Shown here: positions 29,101-35,330 of the stretch, in pieces | Position numbering within the stretch: position 1 is the first letter of the stretch | Layout of the letters: every line of letters begins with the position of its first letter | IMG/VR virus record: IMGVR_UViG_3300005611_000001 | Source: a virus | Lineage: Duplodnaviria; Caudoviricetes | Reading direction: 5' to 3' (one strand) | Length of the DNA: 64,000 nucleotides | Made by a program: the position numbers and the translations under genes | The notes under the pieces: generated by a model | Told to the model about the DNA's origin: nothing | What the model saw: only the letters and a program-made list of their open reading frames with translations | The model's database searches: none

Positions 29101-31856
29101 AGTCTACCTACACTGGTGATTTCTTAACTCAATACACTGGTGATTTTTCTGATACTTATGTCGACGATCAATACACTGGTAACTTTGCTGTAGTATACTC
29201 TGGTAACTTCACAGAAACTTATGAAGATCGAGCAACTATCGTTTTCGATGCTGTACAATATACTGGTGAATTCGAAGAAAACTATGAAACCGATACTTAC
29301 ACTGGTAATTTTGAAACAAATTACACGGGCGACTTCTTAGACACTTACACAGCAGAGTTTACAAATAACTTCATTTCTGCACAGTACGAAGCATCGTTTG
29401 TCGAGACATACGTCGGCGATTTCTTGTTGGCGTACACTGGTAACTTTGTAGCATCATTTGAAGCCGCTGTGCAATATGAAACTTCGTTTGAATCAAACTA
29501 TGTTGATAATTTATACACAGGCGATGCTGTAGTACAATACACAGGAAACTTCGATTTCTCGTTTGAAGGTCAGTACACAGGCGACTACACTTCTGGATAC
29601 GAGGGTAATTTTGCAGGGCAATACACTGGTGACTTCTTAGTTGGCTTTGCTGGTGTTTACACAGGCGACTTCACTCAAATTTATACCGGCGATTTCTCTC
29701 AGACATACACCGGTGATTTTACTGCAAACTTCCAAGCAACTTACACAGGCAACTTTACACAGAATTTCGCAGGTGTTTATACCGGCGATTTCTCTCAGAC
29801 ATACACCGGTGATTTTGTCGGTACTGATCTAGAAACTTATACTAGTCCTGATGCTTGGACTTCATATTTTGAAAGCCTTAGTGCCCCAGTTTATTACTGG
29901 CGGGAGTTTAACGGTGTACCTACTACTCTTTATTGGAATAGTACGTTTATAGGAGTCCCACCTCCTAGCAGCCCTGCTACATGGACTACTGGCGGATATG
30001 AATATCAGCGCGCAATCAATCCTTTTACAACAGCCACTACAAAGGCGGGAACTGATAGGTGGTATGCTGTAAGAAGACGCTCTGTTTCTGTTAACTACAC
30101 CGGCGATTACTCTGCTGCTTTTGCTGAAAACTTTGTAGCGTCTGGAACAACGCAGTTCACTGGACCTAGTTACACTGGTGATTTTACATCACCTTTCTCT
30201 GCTCCAATTTACACTGGTGATTTTGCTGAAAACTTTGTAGCGTCTGGAACAACGCAGTTCACTGGTAACTTTACAGCAAGCTATGAAGCACCCACATATA
30301 TTGGTAACTTCTTAGCAACATACACTGGTGACTATGCAAGCAATTTTGATTCTCCTTTCCAGAATACTTTTGCAGGCTCTTCATACACTAGTACGTTTGT
30401 CGAAACTTATCAAGGTGATTTTTCGCTTTCTTTCGAAGGGCAATACCTAGGTAATTATCTGAGCCAGTACGAAGGCTCTTATCTTGGTGACTTCGTTCAA
30501 AGCTATACAGGCAATTTTGCAGTTGAATATACTGGTAACTTTATTGCTCAGTTTGAAGGGCAGTACACAGGAAACTTTGCTGCAGAATATACTGGTAATT
30601 TCTTAGCAACTTTTACTTCTGACAATCCTCAAGACTACACAGGCAATTATATAGGTACTTTTGCAGCAAGCTTTAACGCAGAATATACTGGTGATTTCGT
30701 TCTAGAGTACACTGGTGACTTCTTAGAAGATTATCAAGCAGACTTTGTTGAAATCTTCGAAGGTCAATACGTTGGTGATTTCTCAGATACTTATGAAGGC
30801 AATTTCCTTACTGACTATACTGGTAACTTTACTCAAATCTTTGAGGGGCAGTACACAGGTAACTTCATCGACATTTATGTCGCTGATTACGAGACTACAT
30901 ACATTGATGATCAGTACACTGGTAATTTCATAGAGACATATGAAAGCGACTATGAATCTCCTTATCAAGGCGATTTCACTGCAGGATTTACTGATCAGTA
31001 TACGGGCAATTACCTTGATGAATATACAGGTGATTATGCTGGCACATATACTTCAGAATACGCTTCTGATTATGCTGGTACATACGTCGGAACTTTCGTA
31101 GAAATTTACGGCGGCGCTTATCAGTCTGAATACACTGCTGAATTTACAGAGAATTTTGAAGGTCAATATACCGGCAACTTCTTAGAAGAGTATGTTGGAA
31201 ACTTTGAAACAGTTTATACTGGTGACTTTACAGAAATCTTTGAAGGCCAATATACAGGTGATTTCCTTGAGACATATATCGGAAATTATCAAGATGAATA
31301 CACTGGAGATTTCATTCAAAATTATGAGCAAGATTATTCTGGCAATTTCCAAAGCATTTACACTGGTAACTTTACTGAAGCGTATAGCGGCGACTTTGTA
31401 GCTACATATACTGAAACAAATACGATTGATTACACTGGTAATTACCTTGCTACATTCAGCGATACATATAGCGGAAATTACACACCAGATTATGAAGCAG
31501 ATGGTGTTAATGAAGCTTATGCACAAGAGTATATTGAGCAAGATTACGAATCAGAATATCTGTCTGATTTTGACGGCAGCATATATACAAGAACAGTAGA
31601 GTCTACTTACGAAGGCGCTGCACAAGGGTTACCGTTTAGTGCAGACTATAGTGGTGCTGAAATCACTGAAGATTACACTAGTGATTTCGAAGGCGACGAT
31701 GACATTGAAACTTATCAGGACGATTATACAGGGATTAATTATGAAACCGCATATGCGGATGACATTGAAGTAACAGTTGCTTATCTAAGAGAAGCAGTTC
31801 TTTCTTCAACGCCAACAACAATAGAAACTTACACACTTTATGTTCGTGTTGCTTAA
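20112..31856 (+). CDS. Giant (3914 aa) acidic Tyr/Gly/Thr repeat virion fibre-like protein
   Basis: Single uninterrupted ORF with its own late promoter. The N-terminus has three ..P....G(A/L/I)(K/R)E(L/M) segments, then thousands of residues of YTG[DN][FY] repeats, ending TYTLYVRVA. Confidence 0.9.
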   Translation: MPVRPLKHLNAGALKELLISEEDYLAYRAGVHLGKMNIESAAALSQDTRGELVGIFEDTFYGSGSGPVTGQTYARAYSVTHLSDQSSAHQVTIEEPITPLPSTVNVNDSLAITVSGNAISTGTGYEEIEYQLGLSGTASYSITSVSTTPAATNVAGLQASWEDYATGSLSGSYEATFTIQFTASGTVNVTLNASSTDIENAAPGASDSHNFSTISVQPGVQPIALGTVSEIYQNKVEDYPLDLTNNLVRNPFYWDTSRNGLKEMSGAELDVVCERLVKKIMANEMPGSFRLSAFSPGADWQVFLEDVFTDTRGDGTTFDYSIWIRTSGTAPTPVKPVGPVRTNNIFSGIRELSDLETEYTFGERMKKVIMDTGIGTYEMRKSGDGPPTAPGTWVARGSAVDTRQSFAAGASYEGTSTYEVPYNTDYAGTYTGDYSGNYTPNYEGTYVNEYSPQYTDSYTGDYTGDYTGTFEGDYVETYTGNFLQQYTQDYTGDYVGSYTPTYAGTDIEEPYTTPYEGLESEEQYTVDFETANYTGNFIEEYSGDFTTNYTGDYVATYVEELYAGNYVSEYTGDYESPYTGNFLETYVDDQYTGNYESDYTGDYESAYTGDFTETYVDDQYTGDFLQEYTGDFLTQYVGDFLETYVQEQYTGDFSDTYTDDLYTGNFLENYTGDYESNYATQFQETYVDDQYTGNFLENYTGDYESDYTGDFTENYIDDTYIGNFTEVYTGDYVSAYAGDYISNYIDDQYTGNYIDAYTGDFTVVYSGDFETNYVDEIYAGNFVEVYSGDFTDSYITSYVETYLQADYTGNYQSPYTGDFIETYTGNFETNYTQEIYSGDFESTYAGDYESTYTGNYTSDYEVAPYTGDYLTDYTGDFIETYTGEFIENYVDDQYSGDYESAYTGDFLETYTGDFAQNFIDAVYTGDYESPYTGDFTESFEGQYTGDYESSYTGNFLETYSGDYVTSFAGNYITDYTVDYTGNFIEEYIDDIYTGDYESVYSGDFVQSFEGQYTGNFLEIYSGNFETVYSGDFTETFEGQYTSSYEIDYTGNFLEEYVDDQYTGNYVSEYTGDFLTDYTGNFVENYIDGVYQSDYEQTYTNEFGTNYTGDFLDTYISDNYESSYDTNYQDSLYASQYTQEYTGDYNQAYILIFQEAYAQAELTYSSYEGAATYTGDYLSDYQFDYERRYESTFTTIYNSEQYEATFDNPTPYETLYNTPEVYSQGYVEEYVGTVTTAYGGSDYVQDFQGGGYTTGDQDDVDTTTYFRGDVEIYVGDYLGSGYYEQNYQQGDGNYVNSQYLPPNTPPGVAPNLAAGGITYVAGTGDGNIYAQTYQSPSTSSGADNFLNTDYYLGGVSYVHGYVPGGDDNFINYTSGVPVAPDRGTVYYGPSGSYSGERSIDYTGTLSGSYQADYIFFSISYTGPTGSYVGGGYEEVYISEGDPIIVTGEPTGYSGPLTGDPGYPTVTTFTGPETLSDDVAVGYVPSYVGTYTPADYIGTYVGGFESPDALGYTGDYTGNYDADIYSQFFESGLFSLDDIYEGVIYSPNVYIEGGRGPNQLGIPQLLGTFYYGPQGVFTVAYLGPLGWFIGSNPAFYIGPYVDTYETLFAERSNVYEQSYQDGYLDSSYQGENFESGDVFEAPPYSGDAANYFGIVPGGATVNYITNPTYGAFPDGGPDAGYLSLGAAFTDAIPYTSGYTDDLQPGDGQDNVYLSGYGGGYETSNEVYQGNLGNTYTVINEYIGDYLTGGFIATFSIREQSYGGYEGYEGSYLAPPITTYYGPFGSFGALSVYQGVPAYTTGYSYPDSIDYLGSYVGPPSTYYGPGGGFSTPPYEAGSTDLETFAGTYGSGGDTTVYVGPGNPYESQNLYTQNSYEGPDQLFGAKGFATPYSGFENQTTYYGPLQYYIGGEEIILPGDIIIPGQLPEVEPPASGTTDGIAFVGDLAPVTYGAHYINEGPITYEGPKLLNSSGIYAGPGNFVGPIVYIGLVYYGPAGQFAAGTVYSSDTNYLGESFAVEYLSDSYVDYLTPGPAVANYSGPIGTYSGNIAYAGAGFIAYEGTDYISDHYIDPYVSTYVSDIVTLYLGLHDGSYSRSYVGTYIDGSESGEYISEEYVGTGDAYLGKVTIGQFEGGGFVGGVEDPYVVSYDEANAEELYTVTYEAQELETFTTAEYEIGPFHQIEQWPDYMGPLSDLEVTYTEILGYSEIYGNTYAGGIVSTYTPAGTTYTGNYTTPVPRGVGDYIFGTASYDNQAYLSPFPQVTYVGPTGIFTAVTDYQAGYVGFIQANYGGYLRQIVGPPTLGDYATNFTAGVYEQTFSSGPYITEANIVFEQSYVTLLDADYQTAYTGTFAANYEATYIGDYLTDYVSATGKNVVYTGNFVVDYLTDSYITDYEQEVPVDQYGGEYSETYESDYEGTYSGTYTSGYEGIYTGNFTVTYSGDYITDYIEIYSGDFEGQYTGDFLDTYTGNFTDSYASDYEDVFEGQYTGDFLETFTDSFEDIYVQEQYTGNFLENYTGDYVSDYTGDYESDYVDDQYSGNYVSDYTGNFLQNFLGTYTGDFLQVYTGNYETDYEQDVYAGNYISDYTGDFVNTYTGNFVENYVDDLYTGNFLEEYVGNFTDNFEGQYTGEYQSDYIGNFVEEYVGNFLDTFEGQYTGDYASDYEGNYTSDYETNYEVTFLGVYSGDFLASYTGNFIEEYTGNFIAPFEGQYTGDYVDEYSGNFVEEYIGDFLDIFAGQYTGDYVDQYTGNFIEEYTGDFVDDFEGSYTGNYVSDYTGNFTQNYTGDFTEIFEGQYSGNYVSGYEGNFIEEYTGDFTDNFEGQYTGNFLDTYTGNYTEEYTGDFTEVFEGQYATDYESEYTGNFETIYTGDFTDNFLGEYTGEFQDTFEGQYSAEFTEIYEGPFVLVYTGDFEEPYEGLYTGDFIDNYSGEYASDYTGDFTAQFEGQYTGNFVVEYTGNFIDQYSGDFTETFEGQYVDQYLTDYVAEFVDTFAAPQYTGDYESTYTGDFLTQYTGDFSDTYVDDQYTGNFAVVYSGNFTETYEDRATIVFDAVQYTGEFEENYETDTYTGNFETNYTGDFLDTYTAEFTNNFISAQYEASFVETYVGDFLLAYTGNFVASFEAAVQYETSFESNYVDNLYTGDAVVQYTGNFDFSFEGQYTGDYTSGYEGNFAGQYTGDFLVGFAGVYTGDFTQIYTGDFSQTYTGDFTANFQATYTGNFTQNFAGVYTGDFSQTYTGDFVGTDLETYTSPDAWTSYFESLSAPVYYWREFNGVPTTLYWNSTFIGVPPPSSPATWTTGGYEYQRAINPFTTATTKAGTDRWYAVRRRSVSVNYTGDYSAAFAENFVASGTTQFTGPSYTGDFTSPFSAPIYTGDFAENFVASGTTQFTGNFTASYEAPTYIGNFLATYTGDYASNFDSPFQNTFAGSSYTSTFVETYQGDFSLSFEGQYLGNYLSQYEGSYLGDFVQSYTGNFAVEYTGNFIAQFEGQYTGNFAAEYTGNFLATFTSDNPQDYTGNYIGTFAASFNAEYTGDFVLEYTGDFLEDYQADFVEIFEGQYVGDFSDTYEGNFLTDYTGNFTQIFEGQYTGNFIDIYVADYETTYIDDQYTGNFIETYESDYESPYQGDFTAGFTDQYTGNYLDEYTGDYAGTYTSEYASDYAGTYVGTFVEIYGGAYQSEYTAEFTENFEGQYTGNFLEEYVGNFETVYTGDFTEIFEGQYTGDFLETYIGNYQDEYTGDFIQNYEQDYSGNFQSIYTGNFTEAYSGDFVATYTETNTIDYTGNYLATFSDTYSGNYTPDYEADGVNEAYAQEYIEQDYESEYLSDFDGSIYTRTVESTYEGAAQGLPFSADYSGAEITEDYTSDFEGDDDIETYQDDYTGINYETAYADDIEVTVAYLREAVLSSTPTTIETYTLYVRVA
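21345..23660 (+). repeat. First Y-x-G-[DN]-[FY] repeat block (8- and 13-residue units)
   Basis: Example: YTGNFLENYTGDYESDYTGDFTENYIDDTYIGNFTEVYTGDY. DNA units such as tacactggtgat(t/a) recur. Boundaries approximate. Confidence 0.9.
27127..31745 (+). repeat. Second Y-x-G-[DNE]-[FY] repeat block, often with an FEGQ linker
   Basis: Example: FEGQYTGNFLDTYTGNYTEEYTGDFTEVFEGQY. Interrupted once at about 29840-30090. Boundaries approximate. Confidence 0.9.
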
Positions 31857-31870
31857 AATATGGAGTTATT

Positions 31871-32329
31871 ATGGGTTACAAATATTTAGATAATGCTTTT
31901 TGGGAAGCAGATGACAGATCGGTAATGAAATGTATTCGTTTGACTGATCAACCTGATGGTAAGCAGAAAAAAGAAGTTCTACAACTTGCTAGAATTCGAT
32001 CCGATGGTTCTGAATGCCCCATGTACAAAGAAGTTGTTCAAACTTGGGGCATTCAAAAAATCGATGAGAATACAAATGAGCGCAAAAAAAGAAAAGAAAC
32101 AGAAGCGCGCGAAGCTAGAGCAAAGCACGAGCAAAAGAAAAAGTCTGTTGAACTAGAACAGCTTTTCAATCTGAAACTCCAGGCTTTTGAAATCGAAGAA
32201 GTAAAAAATTCTGATGATCGTGCTATGAGATCCAAAATTCGTCGAGCAAAAAACGTGATTGAAATGCAAGCTTTGACCTCTATTTTGATTGCAAAAGAAC
32301 TTGGTTATTTTGGAGAAAAAAATGAGTGA
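31871..32329 (+). CDS. Basic hypothetical protein, putative fibre assembly chaperone
   Basis: Lys/Arg-rich helical protein directly after the giant acidic gene. The function is inferred from position and charge only. Confidence 0.5.
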   Translation: MGYKYLDNAFWEADDRSVMKCIRLTDQPDGKQKKEVLQLARIRSDGSECPMYKEVVQTWGIQKIDENTNERKKRKETEAREARAKHEQKKKSVELEQLFNLKLQAFEIEEVKNSDDRAMRSKIRRAKNVIEMQALTSILIAKELGYFGEKNE

Positions 32330-33059
32330 GCCGACTAAAGGTTATGTGATTGTAGCATCAAGAAGAGAAGTTTTTTATGTTTTTGCAATGAATCTTATGG
32401 AGTCGATTCTAGAGTTTTATCCTGATGCAAAATTCTGTCTTGTCACCGAAGAACGCTTTCTTGATGGGCGTGAAAAGATGGCGGATAAAGTAATTTTTTG
32501 TAATGATCATAAAAGAGCAAAGTTGTGGGGAATGGCGCAATCTCCCTATGATATCACTTTTTATATTGATGCAGACACAGAATGTGAACATGGCGATATC
32601 GAACATGTCTTTGACGAACTAGGCGATTATGATGTTCTGTTTACGGGTCTTCCCGAAGAAAGATCGTATTGTTATGCACAGCTTAAATTCCCGGGTGGTC
32701 AATTCTATCTTTGTGGAGCAGTTTGTCTCTACGATATGAGAAATCCCCTTGTAAAAGAATTTATGCAAGATTGGTACGATCTTACAGTAAAGCAATATGC
32801 GGGAACTTGGTGGCCGACAAAAGAAGACGGTTCTTGGGATGAAGACTTGTATCCAAGATCACTTGCAAGATGGGATCAGTTCACGCTTTGGTGGCTTACG
32901 CAGAAAGAACCAAAATACAAAGACCTAAAAGTAGGTGTGTTTGAAGATGATGCTAGGTGGAATTATTTTTCTAGATATAAATATGACCACAATATAAAGC
33001 CAGTGGTTCTCAGACACTGGTCGGCAGCAGATGTTAAGCACATGGAGTTTACGCTATGA
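32322..33059 (+). CDS. GT-A fold nucleotide-diphospho-sugar glycosyltransferase
   Basis: GYVIVAS (beta1)...KLWGMAQSPYDITFYIDADT (DxD motif)...DQFTLW. Start re-placed at MSEPTK (32322). Confidence 0.75.
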   Translation: MSEPTKGYVIVASRREVFYVFAMNLMESILEFYPDAKFCLVTEERFLDGREKMADKVIFCNDHKRAKLWGMAQSPYDITFYIDADTECEHGDIEHVFDELGDYDVLFTGLPEERSYCYAQLKFPGGQFYLCGAVCLYDMRNPLVKEFMQDWYDLTVKQYAGTWWPTKEDGSWDEDLYPRSLARWDQFTLWWLTQKEPKYKDLKVGVFEDDARWNYFSRYKYDHNIKPVVLRHWSAADVKHMEFTL

Positions 33060-33754
33060 CAGAAAAATTAGTGCCTCTTATGAGAGATATACCCTTAAAC
33101 GATTTTGCAAAAGACATTCTTAATGAATCTCTTTGGTTTGTGCAAGACGAAAATTATAAAACAGTGCAAATGGCACAAGAGAAAAGATTTACTCCTGAAC
33201 TGGCTGATTGGTACACAAGTCACGAATATTTTGAGAAGATTAAAGCTATGGGTCCAGCACATGCTGGTTTCCCAGAAGTAAATGCTCTTTATTCGTATAC
33301 TTTAGGTCATCTTAGATTTAGCAAAGAAGAGAATCATCAAGCAAAAATCCCGCATGTAACAGAAAAACAAAACGGGTTTTTTGAAAAGATACAAAGAACG
33401 TTTAACTTAAAAAGAAGCGCACTATTTGCAATTTATCATCCAGGTTGCTACATCTCTTGGCATAACAATGCAAACGCTTCTGCATATAATTTTATTTTTA
33501 CATGGTCAGAAACAGGTGATGGCTATTGGGAACACTACGACAATCGAACAAAAGAATTCGTAAAAATTCCTGATAAGCCTGGTTGGCAGTGTAAAGCTGG
33601 ATACTTTGGTGCATATGAAGACGGTGAAGATAAGCTAGTTTATCACACAGCAAGAACATACAGTTCATTACGAATGACTGTCGCATTTATTCTTGATCGA
33701 TCAGAAATGTCTCAAGGCATTCAAGATTGGATTATTGACGATATTCACGCCTAA
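33056..33754 (+). CDS. 2OG-Fe(II) oxygenase-like (double-stranded beta-helix) protein
   Basis: IYHPGCYISWHNN (H-x-N in place of H-x-D)...VYHTA (distal His)...RMTVAF (2OG-binding Arg-x-Thr). Confidence 0.6.
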   Translation: MTEKLVPLMRDIPLNDFAKDILNESLWFVQDENYKTVQMAQEKRFTPELADWYTSHEYFEKIKAMGPAHAGFPEVNALYSYTLGHLRFSKEENHQAKIPHVTEKQNGFFEKIQRTFNLKRSALFAIYHPGCYISWHNNANASAYNFIFTWSETGDGYWEHYDNRTKEFVKIPDKPGWQCKAGYFGAYEDGEDKLVYHTARTYSSLRMTVAFILDRSEMSQGIQDWIIDDIHA

Positions 33755-33759
33755 ATTCT

Positions 33760-33767
33760 TATAAATA
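33760..33767 (+). promoter_or_regulatory. T4-type late promoter
   Basis: Exact TATAAATA 34 nt upstream of the ATG at 33801. Confidence 0.8.
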
Positions 33768-33800
33768 GTGCCATAGGGTTTTTTTCTGGACAGAAGACTT

Positions 33801-34154
33801 ATGGCACGATATGAAGAATTAACAATTGATCAGGGTACAGACGTTTCAATTGATCTGTACCTGACAAACAAAGATGGCTCTGTGAAAGACTTGTCTGGTT
33901 TTTCTGCTGCTGCAAAAATGAGTACGCGGTACGGCACTTCAGATTCAGATAAAGTTGCATTTGCTGCGTATGTCACTGTTCCTCCAACTGATGGTATCGT
34001 GAACTTATCGTTAACAAACGTAGTCACAAATGCGCTAAATACTAGAAAAAGATATGTTTATGATGTTGAAATATCTTATGTAGACAGCGACTCAAACACC
34101 ATCGTAGAAAGGGTACTTGAAGGATTGATTACAGTTAATCCTTCTGTCACATGA
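33801..34154 (+). CDS. Small virion structural protein (BppU-like Ig-fold adaptor)
   Basis: LTIDQGTD...DLSGFSAAAKM...GIVNLSLT...RYVYDVEI...VLEGLITVNPSVT is a pattern common in T4-like fibre regions. Confidence 0.65.
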   Translation: MARYEELTIDQGTDVSIDLYLTNKDGSVKDLSGFSAAAKMSTRYGTSDSDKVAFAAYVTVPPTDGIVNLSLTNVVTNALNTRKRYVYDVEISYVDSDSNTIVERVLEGLITVNPSVT

Positions 34155-34161
34155 GGTCAGC

Positions 34162-35289
34162 ATGACAGATCAAATAGTACAAGCTGGTAATGTAACGCTA
34201 GTTAGCAAAATAACTTACGGCACTCCTTTGCGTACGGCTGTGATATCTTCTAGTGCTGACATCGATGCTATTGTGGGGCTAAGCACTACTGGTGCTGTTG
34301 ATGGTTCTTTGTTCGTCTACGATTCTGATGCAGGCGAATGGCGCGCTTCTAATATTTTAAACAATCAAATAATCGATGGGCGTGTTTATCCATCTGATTC
34401 TGATCGCGCTCAGATTCTTATTCGTCGTTCTGGTACTCAAGGCGATCCTCTTGTTCTTAGAACAGGAGAGCTAGCGTATTCGTGGCTTCAAGACTCTGGA
34501 AGCCCCGTTGATGGATTTGGTAACGGCGGCGACAGGCTCTTTATTGGTGTAGGCACAGAAACAGATAGTAATGGTGTTGTTTACGCTGAACGCATCGAAG
34601 TTATCGGCGGTAAATACTTTACCGATCTTCTAAATCACGCTCACGGTACACTTACAGCATCTAGCGCTCTGATAGTAGACTCTGCAAAAAGAATAGATGA
34701 GTTTTATGCTGATGCAATCTTCATTGATAGTGCAAGCATCACAAGACTTTATATTAGCGACTCTGCAACTGCTCAAGACCTCAAAGTAACAAATCTTTTC
34801 ATTGCAAATGATATCTTAGCGACTGGCACTTCGACGTTCAACACAATCAATGTAAATCGATTGTCAACGTTCGACTCTGCAGTTACCATTGACGCTGCGC
34901 TTTCTGTTACTGAAACTCTGAATGTTACCGGGTTGACGACGCTTGATTCTGCGAACATCAATCGTCTGCAAGTTGATTCAAGTCTTTCGATTCTTGGTGA
35001 TCTTAGCATTAGTGGTGCAACAACTTTTGATTCTTCTGCGACATTTAACGGCGATATTTTTGTCGGTGATAGAGTTCTTAGAGAATTCATCGACAGCAGT
35101 GTTTTCAATCTTTTGATTGGTGGTCAATCAATCACACTAACATACAATGACTCTGCAAACACTTTGACGGTTGATGCTGATGTTGCTACAGTTTCTTTAC
35201 CTGGTGTTGCTTCTTTTGATTCGTCGCAGTTTTCGATTACTGGAGCTGGGCAAGTGTCTGTCATAGAATTAAATGGTGGGACTTATTAA
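34162..35289 (+). CDS. Tail fibre-like protein
   Basis: ILIRRSG...LRTGELAYS...RLFIG...IGGKYFTD fibre N-domain followed by beta-strand repeats. Confidence 0.7.
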   Translation: MTDQIVQAGNVTLVSKITYGTPLRTAVISSSADIDAIVGLSTTGAVDGSLFVYDSDAGEWRASNILNNQIIDGRVYPSDSDRAQILIRRSGTQGDPLVLRTGELAYSWLQDSGSPVDGFGNGGDRLFIGVGTETDSNGVVYAERIEVIGGKYFTDLLNHAHGTLTASSALIVDSAKRIDEFYADAIFIDSASITRLYISDSATAQDLKVTNLFIANDILATGTSTFNTINVNRLSTFDSAVTIDAALSVTETLNVTGLTTLDSANINRLQVDSSLSILGDLSISGATTFDSSATFNGDIFVGDRVLREFIDSSVFNLLIGGQSITLTYNDSANTLTVDADVATVSLPGVASFDSSQFSITGAGQVSVIELNGGTY

Positions 35290-35330
35290 AATGCGCACTA
35301 AATATAATATTACCTCAGTAGAGATTTAAA

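Noticed and set aside
20505-31541. Many 60-170 aa alternative-frame and antisense ORFs within the giant gene
   Set aside because: They are by-products of the repetitive codon pattern (Ile/Leu/Thr/Val-rich frames) with no independent signals.
21345-31745. CRISPR-like or tandem-array interpretation of the repeats
   Set aside because: The repeats are in-frame, degenerate at third codon positions and lack constant repeat/unique spacer structure. No cas genes are present.
20112-31856. Ice-nucleation protein identity
   Set aside because: It shares octapeptide periodicity, but the AGYGSTxT consensus is absent and the unit here is acidic YTGDF.
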